This document shows, piece by piece, positions 37,701-50,357 of a stretch of DNA of 64,000 nt; position 1 is the first letter of the stretch, and each line of letters begins with the position of its first letter. The notes beneath the pieces are model-generated. The model was not told the origin of the DNA. It was given only the letters and a program-made list of their open reading frames with translations, and ran no database searches. The translations under genes and the position numbers were made by a program. Where the stretch lies: assembly GCF_000143415.4 (NCBI RefSeq), contig NW_003314263.1, positions 4,346,466 through 4,410,465 of the forward strand. The letters are read 5' to 3'. Source of the DNA: Selaginella moellendorffii. Taxonomy: Eukaryota; Plantae; Lycopodiophyta.

Positions 37701-40700
37701 ATGGGGAGGATCATAAGATCCAAGCATGAGAATAGTGGGCATCTCATTGATGGCAGAAGGTGTCATATTAAAGTTATGGAAAAGGTATTCCCAGAAGAAA
37801 ACAACTTTAACACAAAGTTGTATGTAAACTCTATAGTGCAATGTTAATGGATAGTTGGCATAAGAAAGGACCGTATTGGTCTTGGCAAGAACCTAAACAC
37901 AGGTAAAAAGTGTCATAAAGGTAAACTTGTGGGGTTGATGGTGTAGAGACACCAAATGTGCTAAGGCATGATGCCTTAAGATGAAGTTTGCGAGTTCACG
38001 AGAACCCCTTCCCAAAGGAATCCTAATGAAAATGGGAATGGCATAGCCTAAGCTGGAAGGCATGTGGTTGGAGTGTGGTAACCTAAATAATGATGAAAGT
38101 GTGGAAGCACCGAACAATGAGTTGTAAGATTTGACAACTATGAGGTAACTAAATAAGAGGTGCAAGATAATTAGTTAAACAGGTAGAAGGTAGCTATCCA
38201 AGGCTTCTTAATGGTATAAGGAAGTTAGATATACCCTTATGGGGAATAAATTGCTTATGTTGCCATATAGTGAGTCAATGTCGTAAGAGGAAATGTTCAT
38301 TGTTAAGAAAGCCATCATTAGGACACCCAAACACTAGAACACTAGGAGGTGGTATTTAGTGTCGCGAGGGCAATAGATAAGGCATAAAGGACTAAGTCCT
38401 TAGCGAATGATAGATAGGAGGTGCTATCCAAATGTCCAAGGTTGTAAAGATGGGAGAAGTCCATTTACTCGAATTGGACAAAGCCAAAAATGGGATTTTG
38501 GCAAAGCTAGTGATGGGCATATAAAGGTAGCAACATTAATCCTGGTGTGTGAGATTATAAAATGAGTATACCTGAATTGAGAAACCACTCCCTAGACTAT
38601 CGGGTAGGTTCATCCTCAAGAATACTTGCTAAGGCATGGTAAAAAGTGCAAAGCTATCCTTCTAGGCTATAGGAGAATAACTGAAGGAAAGGTGTGAGGC
38701 CAAAAGCAAATAGTAAGGGGATAGAACCAAACCATAGGAATCAGAGAGCATAACCAAGGGTGGTTATGCCAGTTGAGAGTGGAGAATCAAATGGGCACTC
38801 AAGCATATTGGTATTAGCAACTGTGATGCCATGGAGAGTCTAAAGCATGGAATTGTCCATGTTAGACCATATGGTAATTAGAAAGCTTGCGAAAAGAAAA
38901 GGTTTAGCAAGCTAAGGAACAGAGTTCCTTGAAGGTTCCCAAAAAGAATTCTAAGTAGCTTAGTACCTAGAAAGCCAAGGGTAAATGGTTCATAAAACGT
39001 GCGAAATCAAAGTGGCACAGCAGAAGCGTGGACTTGAAGCTTGCCATAAGGTAATGCTATCAAGGTTGGGGAAGTAGTTCTCAAGTATTCAAAGGGAGGG
39101 TTTTGAACGAAAGTAGATGGTCGAGGACTTTCACGCTTATGCATGAAACCATGTTACATTGGTCGGATGACTTGCTAAAGGGGGTTGGCAAGCTAGGGGA
39201 ACAAATCCCCTAGTTGAAGGTGCTAACTTCAAAAGAGGTGGCCCATGGAGCCAAACATAGAGGAGTTCATGCATAATCACAGACTTGTCAAGTGAGAGGA
39301 TCTGGCAGTGCGGAGGAACTAGGTTCCTAAGCTGTGATTTATAATGCGCTTTAAGTTAAGTTGGTGCACCGATGTGGGGAGTCACGCTAGACATCTTGGG
39401 TGATGCTGTCTGTAGATGCATATACAGAGGTTGAGTTCGAGTCCCAACCCTTTAGTGCTTGGGTTTGAATCCCAACTCACTAGAGCGTGGTGATGGTTTG
39501 AAATTAACAAAATTAATAAGGTGCCAAAGTGTGATCACTAGGTGATCTTAAGGCTAAAACAAGGACAAGGTCCTTGTGAGGTTAAAGGGATAAAGTTCCT
39601 AGTTCAAAATGTTGATTTGAACTATTGATAATGGTGTGGCTTGGTCAAGGTGACCAAGTGGGAAGAACATATAAGGGAAATGATTTATGCTAATGCGAAA
39701 GAACAAGCACGAAGCGAGTGATAAGTGAGTCTCTAGAAAAGGGACACAAGCAGACCCGAGATGGAACTGAAATGGAGTCCGAGATGGACCCGAGATGGAG
39801 TCCGGGATGGACCCAAGATGGCCCTGAGATGGAGTCCAAGATGGACCCAAGATGGAGTTTGAGATGGAGTCCGAAAGGCTTGTTTGGCCCAGGAAAGCCA
39901 TACCTAGTGTTGGGCGATGAGTTGACCACTGGGAAGTCCAAAACTAGAGTGAATACAAACCAATAAGTGGGGTAGCTTGGTGAAGTGTTCAAGAGCCGAC
40001 TCTAGTTCCCCTGGGAGATTGAATGGTCGATGCTCCCAGTCCAAGTGTGGGTGGCACTACCTACTTGGATACCTGGCGTGGCTCAACGAAACCTCGCTCT
40101 AAGCCCACAGCTAGAGCACCCAAAGATCGAAGGCGGGGAGAGTACCCATGAGGCTCGCATAAGGCCACGGTGTTCCGAAATGTTGTCCCAAAGGCCCAGA
40201 CAGTGGAAAGGAAGAGGAGTAGTCCTCTGGTGTAGTGACCAAGGATACAGTCGTATGGTAAGGAAGTCCCAGAGGACTGTGGGACTTAGTGGTCGGGCCT
40301 GTGGGCCTCGATCCAATGGCAATGTTGGCGAACAAGGTTATGGGCAGAATGGGACTTAGTGGGGATCGACTGGCTGATGCTCCCAGTCCAAGTATGGGTG
40401 GCATTACCTATTTGGATACTTGGCGTGGCTCAACGGAACCTCACTCTAAGCCCATGGCTAGAGCACCCAAAAGCGGAAGGCAGGGAGAGTACCCATGAGG
40501 CTCGTGTAAGGCCACGGTGTTCCAAAATGTTGCCCCAAAGTCCCAAACTGTGAAAAGGAAGAGAAGCCATCCTCTAGTGTAGAGACCAAGGATATGGTTG
40601 TGTGAGGAAGAAGTCCTAAAGGACCATGGGACTTACTGGTTGGGCTTGTGGGCCTTGATCCAGTGGCAGTGTTGATGAACACGGCCATGGACAGAAAGGG

Positions 40701-41000
40701 ACTTCGTGGGGACTAGAAAAGGGATATTGGGGAAGGCTATTCTCTATGTCTGTGGTCATCCTAAGGATGCTAAGGAGTGGATCTAGGATGAACACCTATG
40801 GACAAATGGCCTAGTCTTTGAGAGACAAGACTGTGATGTAGGTGGTGTCAGACAAATGGTGTGACCAAGGTGAATGGGCATGGCCTTAGTATAAAGGGCT
40901 GATATGTTGGTGGTACCTTGGGGTGTCAGTCATGGGATCGGACACGTGGAGCACTTGGACCAAGTGCAATGGTTGAGTGCATGGATGTCATTCTTGAGGC
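34790..41000 (+). mobile_element. Non-coding LARD-like LTR element with ~2.1-kb LTRs
   Basis: 5' LTR ends ...TTTACA at 36903 and is followed by a Met PBS TGGTATCAAAGC (36907-36918). 39700-40985 repeats 35475-36780. A related LTR start follows a PPT at 59413. Confidence 0.65.
35528..35876 (+). repeat. 11-12 bp tandem array (GAGATGGAGTCC / GAGATGGACCC) grading into CCGAGA/TTCGAG hexamers
   Basis: Directly visible; a shorter copy lies at 39755-39872. Confidence 0.9.
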
Positions 41001-41487
41001 TAGAAAAGTTATAGTCATCGTAGTGTTTTTGTTCTCCTTAAGCTTCTTGGAAGTTTGTATTGAAATAGCTCGAAGGAAAGTCACTATTACTCGTACTTGG
41101 CCCCCTAATACAGTTGTTTACAAAATGTTGAAGGAGGAGATGGCAACACACAAGTGCTACAAAGTGATGGTGACAGGTGAGAATGATAATTTGACAACTG
41201 ATAATTTAATAGCTGACATTTGACACTTTCACTGACATCTAATATATAACAAACTCTTCATTTTATGTAAGGATGCAATTAACATTCTTTTGTCTCATCA
41301 TCAACATAATGATTTTTTTTATGCTTCCTCCTATATTGGTATTATGGGGAACATTCACTTTGAATATGTTGAGCCATGACTTCTACATAGTTAGGGAGAA
41401 TTCCAAATCCTCCAATTCTAGAAACTCCACGTGATTGTGATCTATAAAATAGAATTAAATATATATTGAAATTTTAATAAATATAAT

Positions 41488-41672
41488 TTACCACTTTGAG
41501 GTTGGAGGCAACTCATGAAATACTCTGAGCCGGCATTTGAAGAAATGATCTTCAATAGCAAACACCGACCTACCAAAGTCACATGCTACCTCCACCATAG
41601 AACCGCTACCTGCTGTGCAATCAATCACAATATCATTTGGTGGGCAATAGAGCTCAAGCAAGACTTGCATTG
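41488..41672 (-). pseudogene. Amino (N4C/N6A) DNA methyltransferase-like fragment (SAM-binding motif I)
   Basis: LLELYCPPNDIVIDCTAGSGS...ACDFGRSVFAIE matches the beta-class C-terminus li..ys.pgd.VlD.faGsG...a...gR..i.iE. Part of a block (41005-41672) duplicated at ~60525-61835. Confidence 0.7.
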
Positions 41673-41681
41673 CTGGGATGC

Positions 41682-41847
41682 AATAACCTCGGCCCCTTGG
41701 GCGGCTAAACTGCCCGAGGTGGCCGGCCCGTGCTCGACCTTGGGCAATTTGGCCACCTGAGGGGCCGAGGTTATTCCAATAACCTCGGCCCCTCGGGCAG
41801 CTAAATTGCTTGAAGTGGCCAACCCGTACTCAACCTCGGGCAGTTTA
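41682..41847. repeat. Tandem ~94-bp foldback palindromes; the array continues at ~50186-50290
   Basis: AATAACCTCGGCCCCT (41682) ... AGGGGCCGAGGTTATT (41775); a second unit starts at 41778 and a third at 50219. Confidence 0.85.
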
Positions 41848-41849
41848 AA

Positions 41850-44800
41850 AAGATGATTGGCGTGTTAGGGCATGGAGGGGTGCAGCGGCCAGCACCATGG
41901 CTGCTGTGACTGGAGGAGCAGCCAAAGGCAGAAGAGCACCAAGGAGAGAGCGCCCAATCTCCTTGCACTTGCTACCGCCGGCGGGGACAGGTGACATGAC
42001 TGGAAGGGAGGAAGCTGAGAGCCCAGTTAGAAGGGAGAGGAGAAAACATAGCAAGGGAGGCTCAGCCAGAGGACCCTAAGGGTTCCAAGGTCCAGGACAC
42101 TTAGGCAGTGCAGAACCATGAGGTGATCACACATAGGAGTGGAGCCCCACTTGAAGGTCTAGAGACGAAGGCAAATGTGTAGGTCCCAGACAGTGGAAAG
42201 ACAACACATAGCAGTACAACTAGACCAGTGCAGCTGTGGGAACACTTCCAACAAGTAGTGGCGGCTAAGAAAGCGGAGCTGAAACTGAAAGCAGTCATCG
42301 CAGTGTTCTGAGGCAGATTCCCAACAGGGAACCTAGCCATCAACTAGCTCAATGCATCTTTGGAGTAAGGAATCACGGTCTAGAAGTTACTCCTGCATGG
42401 TAAAGGGTGCTATGCGGCGGTGTTCGAGGATGAGGAGGTGTAGAGGCAGGCTAAGGAGCTGCATGGACTGATTGACAGCCAATGAGCTTTGTCATTTCAC
42501 CCTTGGGTTCCAAGGTTCATAGTGGATGAACAAGTGCGACTGAAAGGAGGGAGCTTTCCCCTCAACATTACACTCTGGGATGTCCCAATGGAAATGAGAT
42601 CACAAGAGGTGGTGAAAGAGTTGGTGGAGAACAGTATTGGGAATATCACCTCAGGGCTGGAGACTGTAGAAGCCGATGGAGTGCTGAGACCAATCAGACT
42701 CAAAGTATTTGTAGACTCCCCAGCAGAGACCCCCACAGAGCTGGTAGTGATGGGGCAGTACATCAGGGTCCAAACAGAAGCCACCAGAAGAAGATGCAAA
42801 CTTTGCCAAAAGTTGGGTCATCCAGAAGTGACATGCACAGTGAAGATGGGGAAACCCACTCTGGAATGACCGTTTGAACTCCCAGTGGAGGAAGAAAAAG
42901 TGCTGCTACAACGAGAATGCACCCACACTCCACACATCAGGTTCCCCCCAATAGCAGCACCCGGCTCCAAGTGCAAACTATTCAAAGGGCCTCTAGTAGA
43001 GACTAGTGAGGAAGGCTTCCAAGCAGTACTTCCTAAAATAGTGAATTTGGCGATCCGATGGATTCCTCTGAAGAGGGAATTAGCAGTAACAGAGGCAGGA
43101 AACTAGCTGGTCCAATGAGGGAATGCAGTATTCCCAGAAATAGTAGAGCTTGGGGACTACCAGACTCAAATGGAACGAGCCATAGCCAAATGGATGGGAT
43201 TCGCAAACTACACGGTGTGGGGATTCTCTTGGGCTAGACACAAAGGGAAGCCAATAGCAGTGTGGACGATATCCACAGAGTGGAGGGTGCAGCCAAGCAC
43301 CAACAGGTTCTCCTGGAAATACATTGCGCTATGATGACCCTTACCTTTGTGATGTGGAATTGTTGGGGCCTCAGTTCCATGGACAATAGGCTCCACAAGA
43401 AAGTCCAACTGAAGTCACATATAAGGGAATTGGTACTAGAAGGCGGGATAGACTGTAAGCAACCAAAGGGAACGACTTGAGAGATGGTCCATGGGGTTCA
43501 AATAGAGAGGGAAAGGGCCTATGAACAAGAGTGCACCCCCTTTTCCAATCGGTTAAGGGTCTTGGGATATTTGGGGTTAAGCGTTCTTGGGTTTGAATAG
43601 TACTGGGTTGGGTGACATCTCAGGAAGTCCAAACTCAGGAGCTTACATTTGGTATCGGAGCGGTCTCAGGTCCGACTCTGTTAGTTGGCTAAGGGAATCA
43701 CACCACATGTTGATTGACATCTGGCTGGTCCAGTTTGCTCCTGCTGGGCTTGACCCGAGGGGTAGGGTGTCAAGAGAGCGGCTCTCTCGAGAGAGCTGTG
43801 GCTCTTAACTTCCATTCACGAGGGCGTGAACTTGCAAGGAAGCGTGGTGGATTATAAGCAACCAAAGGGAACAACTTGAGAGACAGTCCATGGGGTTCAA
43901 ATATAGAGGGAAAGGGCCTATGAACAAGAGTGCACCCCCTTTTCCAATTGGTTTAGGGTCTTGGGATACTTGGGGTTAAGTGTCCTTGGGTTTGAATAGT
44001 ACTGGGTTGGGTGACCTCCCAGGAAGTCCAAACTTAGGAGCTTACATTTGGTATCAGAGCGGTCTCGAGTCTGACTCTATTGGTTGGCTAAGGGAATCAC
44101 ACCACATATTGATTGACATCTGGCTGGTCTAGTTTGCTCCTTTGCTCATGTTGGGCTCGACCCGAGGGGTAGGGTGTCAGGAGAGCGGCTCTCTCGGGAG
44201 AGCTGCGGCTCTCAGCTTCCATTCACGAGGGCGCGAACTTGCAGGGAAGCGTGGTGGATTGTAAGCAATCAAAGAGAACGACTTGAGAGATGGTCCATGG
44301 GGTTCAAATATAGAGGGAAAGGGCCCATGAATAAGAGTGCACCCCCTTTTCCAATTAGTTAAGCGTCTTGGGATACTTGGGGTTAAGTGTCCTTGGGTTT
44401 GAATAGTACTGGGTTGGGTGACCTCCCGGGAAGTCCAAACTTAGGAGCTTACATAGACTTCCTATGCCTCCAGGAGCACAAGATGGAAGCCAAACCGGAT
44501 TACAACTTTGGCATGAGAGGGAAAACTTGGTGGAACGCGATAGAAACAGCACGCTCCATGCCAGAGAGTGGTACAGCCATCATTGTCTCCCTGAAGTGGT
44601 CAGCATAACCAAGGGAGCATGAAGTGTTGGTGCCAGGAAGAGTGCAGCTCTTGCTGCTCAACCTGCACTTTGGACGGGTGGGGATTATAAAGGTTTATGC
44701 CCCAACCAACAGGCAGGCACAGACCCTCTTTTGGGATGAACTTCGAGTGAAAGCACGAGGCCGGGTGGAGCACTAGTTGATCCTAGGGGATTTCAACATG

Positions 44801-47800
44801 GTGGAAGGCACAGAGGATAGACGTGGAAGACAAAAGACCATTCAGGGTCAGGAACAATTGCAATGGCTTGCTCTCATAGAATAGCTAGAACTTATGGATC
44901 TCTAGCATGAGGAAGGATTCACTCCACACACACACCCATTTACTTGTAGTGAATCAACAAGCTGCTAAGCACAACTGGATAGGATATATGCTTCCCCAAG
45001 GGTGAGACAAGATGGTGGGAGTCTAAAGACATGGCCATGCTTCCCCTCATTCTCAGACCATGACCCATTCCAGTGCATAATCAAGTTGCAGAAGGACAAG
45101 GGTACAGTAGTGCAGAGGGCCCTCTTGCTACACACTCTGACTAATGCAAAAGCAATAGCACAAATCAACTAGATCCTGGAAGGAAGGGAGTTGGAGCTTG
45201 CCACTGTCCTTAGGACTACTTGGACCAGTTGCAAGAGAGATAGCATGTGATAAAGGGAGAAGTGATGAAGGACCTGAGACTAGCAAGGAAGAAGGTGGCG
45301 GTGGCATAGAGGATGCCGCTGGCAGCCAAGGACGTAGAAAGGTGGCAAGCTGCTCTGGAACAGAGGGAAGTAGAGCTGTAGGAGAGAGAGTTCACAGCAT
45401 GGAGTTTTGGGGTGCAAACGCAAAAGGACTCATAGGCAGTAAATGAACATTTGCTGAACAAGGCATTCTACAGAGGTATCTGCCCAGTCATAGACTCACC
45501 ACCCATCCTTGGTGTCAAGGCAAAGGACGAAAAGTTGGTAGAAGACCAACATGGCATGTAGGATCTGGCGCAAGCATTCTACCAATGGTTGTACACTGCA
45601 CAACCAGGGTCTCCAGCTAGAGACCAGGCAGCAAAGAGAGTGCTAAAGACTCTATCACACAGAGTCCCGCAGGAATGGAATGAACCACTCGGGACAGACC
45701 TCACGAGGGAGGATTCTCCATAGGGCCTTGGACAGATTGAGGGATGACAAAATGCCTAGGATAGATGAACTGCCCCCGAGATTCTTTCAGAACAACTAGG
45801 AGGTGTTCAGCCTACTGATGATGAAAACTTGGAAGAAGGCACAGCAGGTAGAACATCTTCCGAAGGAGGTTTTGGAGGGCCAGATCATGCTGCTCTCGAA
45901 GAGAGGGGACCTTCAGGAACTGCGCAGCTGGAGACCAATAACAATGCTCATGACGGCGTACAAAATCTATGCCAAGGCAGTGGCACTTAAACTGCAACTA
46001 GTAATGCCCATCATTATTCGGGAACAACAGACTGGCTTTGTGCCAGGGAGGCAAATCTCGGAGAACATCTGGACCTATCTTCTGGCCCAAAGGTGGGCAA
46101 AGACCTCGGGAAAGAATTCAATGTCGTGGTTACATGACTTCAAGAAGGCATACGATCAGGTGGATTGGGATTTTTTGGAGGATTGTATGAGATGAATAGG
46201 AATCCTAACACCCTTGGTAGCACATATCTCTCTCTTGTACCAGGGTGCCTTGAGCAGGGTAGTCATCAACAGCGACAAGGCCGCAGTTTCAACTAGGGAG
46301 GTTGGTGCAACAAGGCTGCTTGCTGGCCTGAAGGCAAAGAGATCAGGGGTGTGGAGCTACCCAAAGAAAGAAAGCAACTCCCTGGAACACAAGCAGTGGG
46401 AAGGGACTTGCTGGATGGCGTGTTTGCAGATGACTCAACACTTTTTCTGCTAGGAACCAAGTCAAACCTAGATGTTGCAGGAACCAGGTTAGAGATTTTC
46501 AACACAGTAGTAGGAGCAGCCATCAATTCGAACAAGTCGGTAGGGATCAACTAGGGTTGCCCTGGCATAGAGGAGTGGGGATGTGACATTGACTTCCAAT
46601 GGTTGGCACCGGGAGAAGACACATGGTACCTGGGAATATAGGTAGGAGGTGAGTTTAAAGCATCCACGCAGGACTCAACATTGCTGCGGAGGATCAAGAC
46701 AACAATTCAGAAATGGGCTCCATGGAAACTAGGACTGCCGGCAAGGGTCGTGGTGGTGAAAAGCATCGTGCTGCCGTGTATATGGTATCACCTTTGAGTA
46801 TGGCCGGTTCTAGAGACCACAATCAAACGTATAAGGTCGATTGTGCATATGTATGTGTGGAAGGGAGCACTAGTCAATGGTCGAATGATGGCCAAAGTGG
46901 CGTGGCAGTCCATGGCGAGGCCACGAGTCCTAGGAGGACTGGGGATAATCGACCCAAGCGACATGAGCAAGGCATTGAGGTATAAAGTCATACTAATGGG
47001 CCTCCAACCGCCCAAGCTTGGAAGCTTCTTTTCAGGCAGAGCATGCTGGCAATCAGACCAAAGCATGGATACGCAACAATGTGGGATGATGACCCCCGGC
47101 GGATGTTTGCTGAAGGACAGATGCAGGTGGTAGGGGGAGGCCTATTGGTCTAGAGTCTACATCAACTCTGGAAGTCATTCCCACTAATGCAAGTCACTCT
47201 GACCAGAGCAGAGGACTGGCTGAACCAACCGCTCTTCTTCAACACACTGTTTAAAATAGGGGACAAAACACTGGGTCGTGAGAACCACTATACTATATGG
47301 AGGTGCATTCATCAGGGTGGATTTAGGACAGTCAAGCAACTACTTGAAGTGATAGACTCAGACCAATAGAAATCTTCCTGGTGCTTCCAAGTTTTTGGGC
47401 TAGGGAAGTGGCAAAATGTGCACATGGACCTGCTGAGGCTATTGAGGGCAGTAATAGAGGCAAGAACAATGGACAAATAGCTGGCAAGAACACTACACGC
47501 TAGGGACTTTGTGGCAATCCAATGGGAGGACACACCGGAGGGTGAGCAGGGTTCCACTAGGACAATGGTCTCAGGTGTTCACAACACCAACTCCAGCCTG
47601 GACTGAGGGGGAAATAGAAGTGTGGTTTGTGACGGATCCAGATCAAAACCTCGGCAGGCTTTTTCAGGTGGTGCGAGGAGACACCCTCCTTGAGGTAGGG
47701 GGTATTCAAGCGTTGCCTCAGGTCATGGATGACGAAGTAAAAGGACGAATCCGAGTTTTGCGACAGTTGGCAACTCGGACAGAGGTGGTAGAATCACCAT

Positions 47801-48900
47801 TCTGGATAGAAGGAGACGGACACCTAGTATGGTGGTGAAAAGAGCTCATAGAAGATCTGGACTGTGACCTAGCAGTGTGGAGACATGGAGCGAATGGATT
47901 CTTCACATATGAGGTCAAGGACGCACGGAATGGACTGATGATAAACAGGGAAATCAAGAGAGAAGAAATACTAAGACCGTGGCAATAGTGGATCGTGCAA
48001 GGAGTGGAAGTGGACTAGGTGATTGACAACACAATGGCGTTCTAGAAACTACTGATCCAGGAGAAATCAAAGGTCACCTCTTGGCTCGTGGCAACAAATG
48101 GCTTGCCAGTAGGGCAATGTTTCCAAGCTGAGGAGGCTCACAAGTGTTCGGAATGTGGAGTGCTAGAGATTGTAGCACATCTCCTCTGGGAGTGTGATGT
48201 GGTAAAGGAGACATGGAGGCAGGTAGGAAAGGCGACGAGGGAACTAGGGAGCAAGTAGGATTTTGAAATACGCAAAGGGCACATCACTCAATGGTTCCCA
48301 GAAGCAAGGGGGCCATGCATAGGAGTGGCGTGGCAGAAGATTGGTTGTTGGGGATGCTCAAGATGGGGCACCCAAGTCAAGTGGGATGCTATAGGAGCTG
48401 ATGTTGGGACCCCAGTGTGGGAGGCCCTTGGACAGTCTAGATGGGAGATATGGTAGGCATTTGGAGTATAGGCACTTTGAGAGGCTTGGAACCACAACCA
48501 CTTCGAAGGACAGAATGCTTAGATTTCGGCGATCATGGCAAATTGGTGGAGGCTCACACTGGCTGCTGTCCGCTTGAGGGATACACTACTTCAGGAACAC
48601 AAAAAAAGGGACATGCTAGCTGCTTGGCAATGACAATGGATCCCGTGCTATGGAGTAGAGTATGAGGGAGATGTCAAGTGCAAATGGAGACCACCGGCCA
48701 CTATAGTAAAAGAGGCACGACGAGGCAATTTGGCATTGGATGTGTTGCGGAGGCGACGACTGCAGCAGCCGCAGCTGGAGGACAGCAATCGCCATTAGGG
48801 GGGAGGATAGCAACACATTTTTGCTGAGTGAACAACACTATGGGTGACTCATTTTTGTATTAGTCCCCAAGGACACAAAGTAATGTACATATCTATTACA
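41850..48900 (+). mobile_element. Decayed L1-clade LINE
   Basis: ORF1 remnants with FHPW.P.F and CKLCQKLGH....C. ORF2: APE (WNCWGL, LCLQEHK, VYAP, GDFN, LDRIY, SDH), RT (WRPITML, QTGFVPGR, DFKKAYD, FADD) and a C-terminal C..C...H...C. Many stops; boundaries approximate. Confidence 0.88.
43454..44453 (+). mobile_element. Cassandra TRIM, tandem three-LTR form
   Basis: LTRs 43454-43647, 43853-44046 and 44260-44453, each with a 5S-rRNA-like core (GGTTAAGCG/TG...TAGTACTGGGTTGGGTGACCTCCCGGGAAGTCC). Met PBS after LTR1 and LTR2; TSD TAGAC; inserted in the LINE endonuclease region. Confidence 0.93.
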
Positions 48901-50357
48901 TCGACCTCATGCAATTTAGAAGGCGCTACAAAGAGAGTGTGAGGAGGAGTGAGGGAGGGAGCATAGAGGATGGCAGCAGTAATGCACGTGCCATGGAAGC
49001 AGCACACAGGGCTCTCCTCCTTCCTCCTCTTCCCCTCTTCTCTCGAAAGAAGCATCTCCACGCTTGGATCTTGATTTCTCCCAAACGGTTAGGAGTTATT
49101 TCGATTCCTTCGACGGGGGGGATTGTAGGAGTGGAGCATCACGTTCTTCTACAATGGCACAGTGAGATCTGCCACAGATCTAGAGATCTCACTCACCCTA
49201 GTTTCGGTGGTGGCTGGGGTTTGCAAGCTTCCACGATTTGGGGCTTTTGGTTCTAGGGGGAAATTGATTTGTGGCAGTGATAGAGGCAAGGAAGAGGGAC
49301 GTTGCTAGCAACAACAACCCTCCATTAGCTTCACCAGAGTGCCTATGGCAAAGGACGGGCTCGTTTTCTCCTCTTTTTGCTCTCCCGGCTTGGTTTCCGC
49401 TCTTTTTCTCGATTCAACTTCACGGCTAGCATCTATGGAGTGGCAAGAAGCACTCCTAGTAGCAGTACTTCATTCAGATCTAAGATCTGGGAGATCTGGA
49501 TGACCCTAGCTCGTGCTCTGGAATTGGGCAGTAGCTAGGGTTAGGGTTCCAGCTGGCAGCTAGGGTTAGGGTTCACCCTATTCTAGGGCTAGGGTTCCTT
49601 GGCAGCTAGGGCTTCTAGGGCTGGTGGTGGCAAGTCACTGCAGTCCTAGGAGGCTCTTAAGGCATCTCTACAGTGGACAAACAGTTGCAAAAGCTTTAGA
49701 AATTGAGTTCTTTGCCAAGATCTATGCGATCTTGCTTGTCTTCATGTATGACGAAAACAGTAGCCGTCAAGGATTGGGGGAGCTGGAGGTCACTTTAGGG
49801 GTGACCTCGAGCAGCTAGGACTTGAAAAAGTTCCTAGCTTTCTGGATTCTCACGCATGGTGTCTTGCTTCGAGGATGATCGGGAAGGGAAGATTTTTGGA
49901 ACCAATGGTAGGGATTGCTGCCACATGTGGGGCCAGTAGCTAATGGGGCTGTGGTGTGACACATGTAAGGGATCCATATATCTCTTCTCCAATGCTTGCT
50001 TTGGAGTTCACTCCCTTTGGAGGAGTTTCATGCCCTTTCTCTAGTTCACGGTGGAGGCACCTGGGAGGCAAACAGCCCAAGAACAGCACTGGGTGTTCGT
50101 GCTCATGGTTTCGCAGATTTGACCTTTTCCTGAGAGTGCGCTCTCAATGTTGTGCAATAGAGAAATGTACCTATATGTTGCATTGACCTCTGGCAGTTTG
50201 ACCACCTAACGTTATTTGAATAACCTCGGCCCCTCGAGTGGCAAAACTGCCCGAGGTGGCTGGCCTGGGCTCGACCTTAGATAGTTTAGGGTTTAGGGTT
50301 TAAGGTAATTTTTATTCTCATTATATTGAAATTGTTGTAAAATTTTTGTTTTCATAG

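Noticed and set aside
43570-43635. 5S rRNA gene
   Set aside because: Only the internal portion is 5S-like, and it lies inside Cassandra LTRs.
49535-49620. Telomere or chromosome end
   Set aside because: Only a few degenerate TAGGGT motifs inside repeat DNA.
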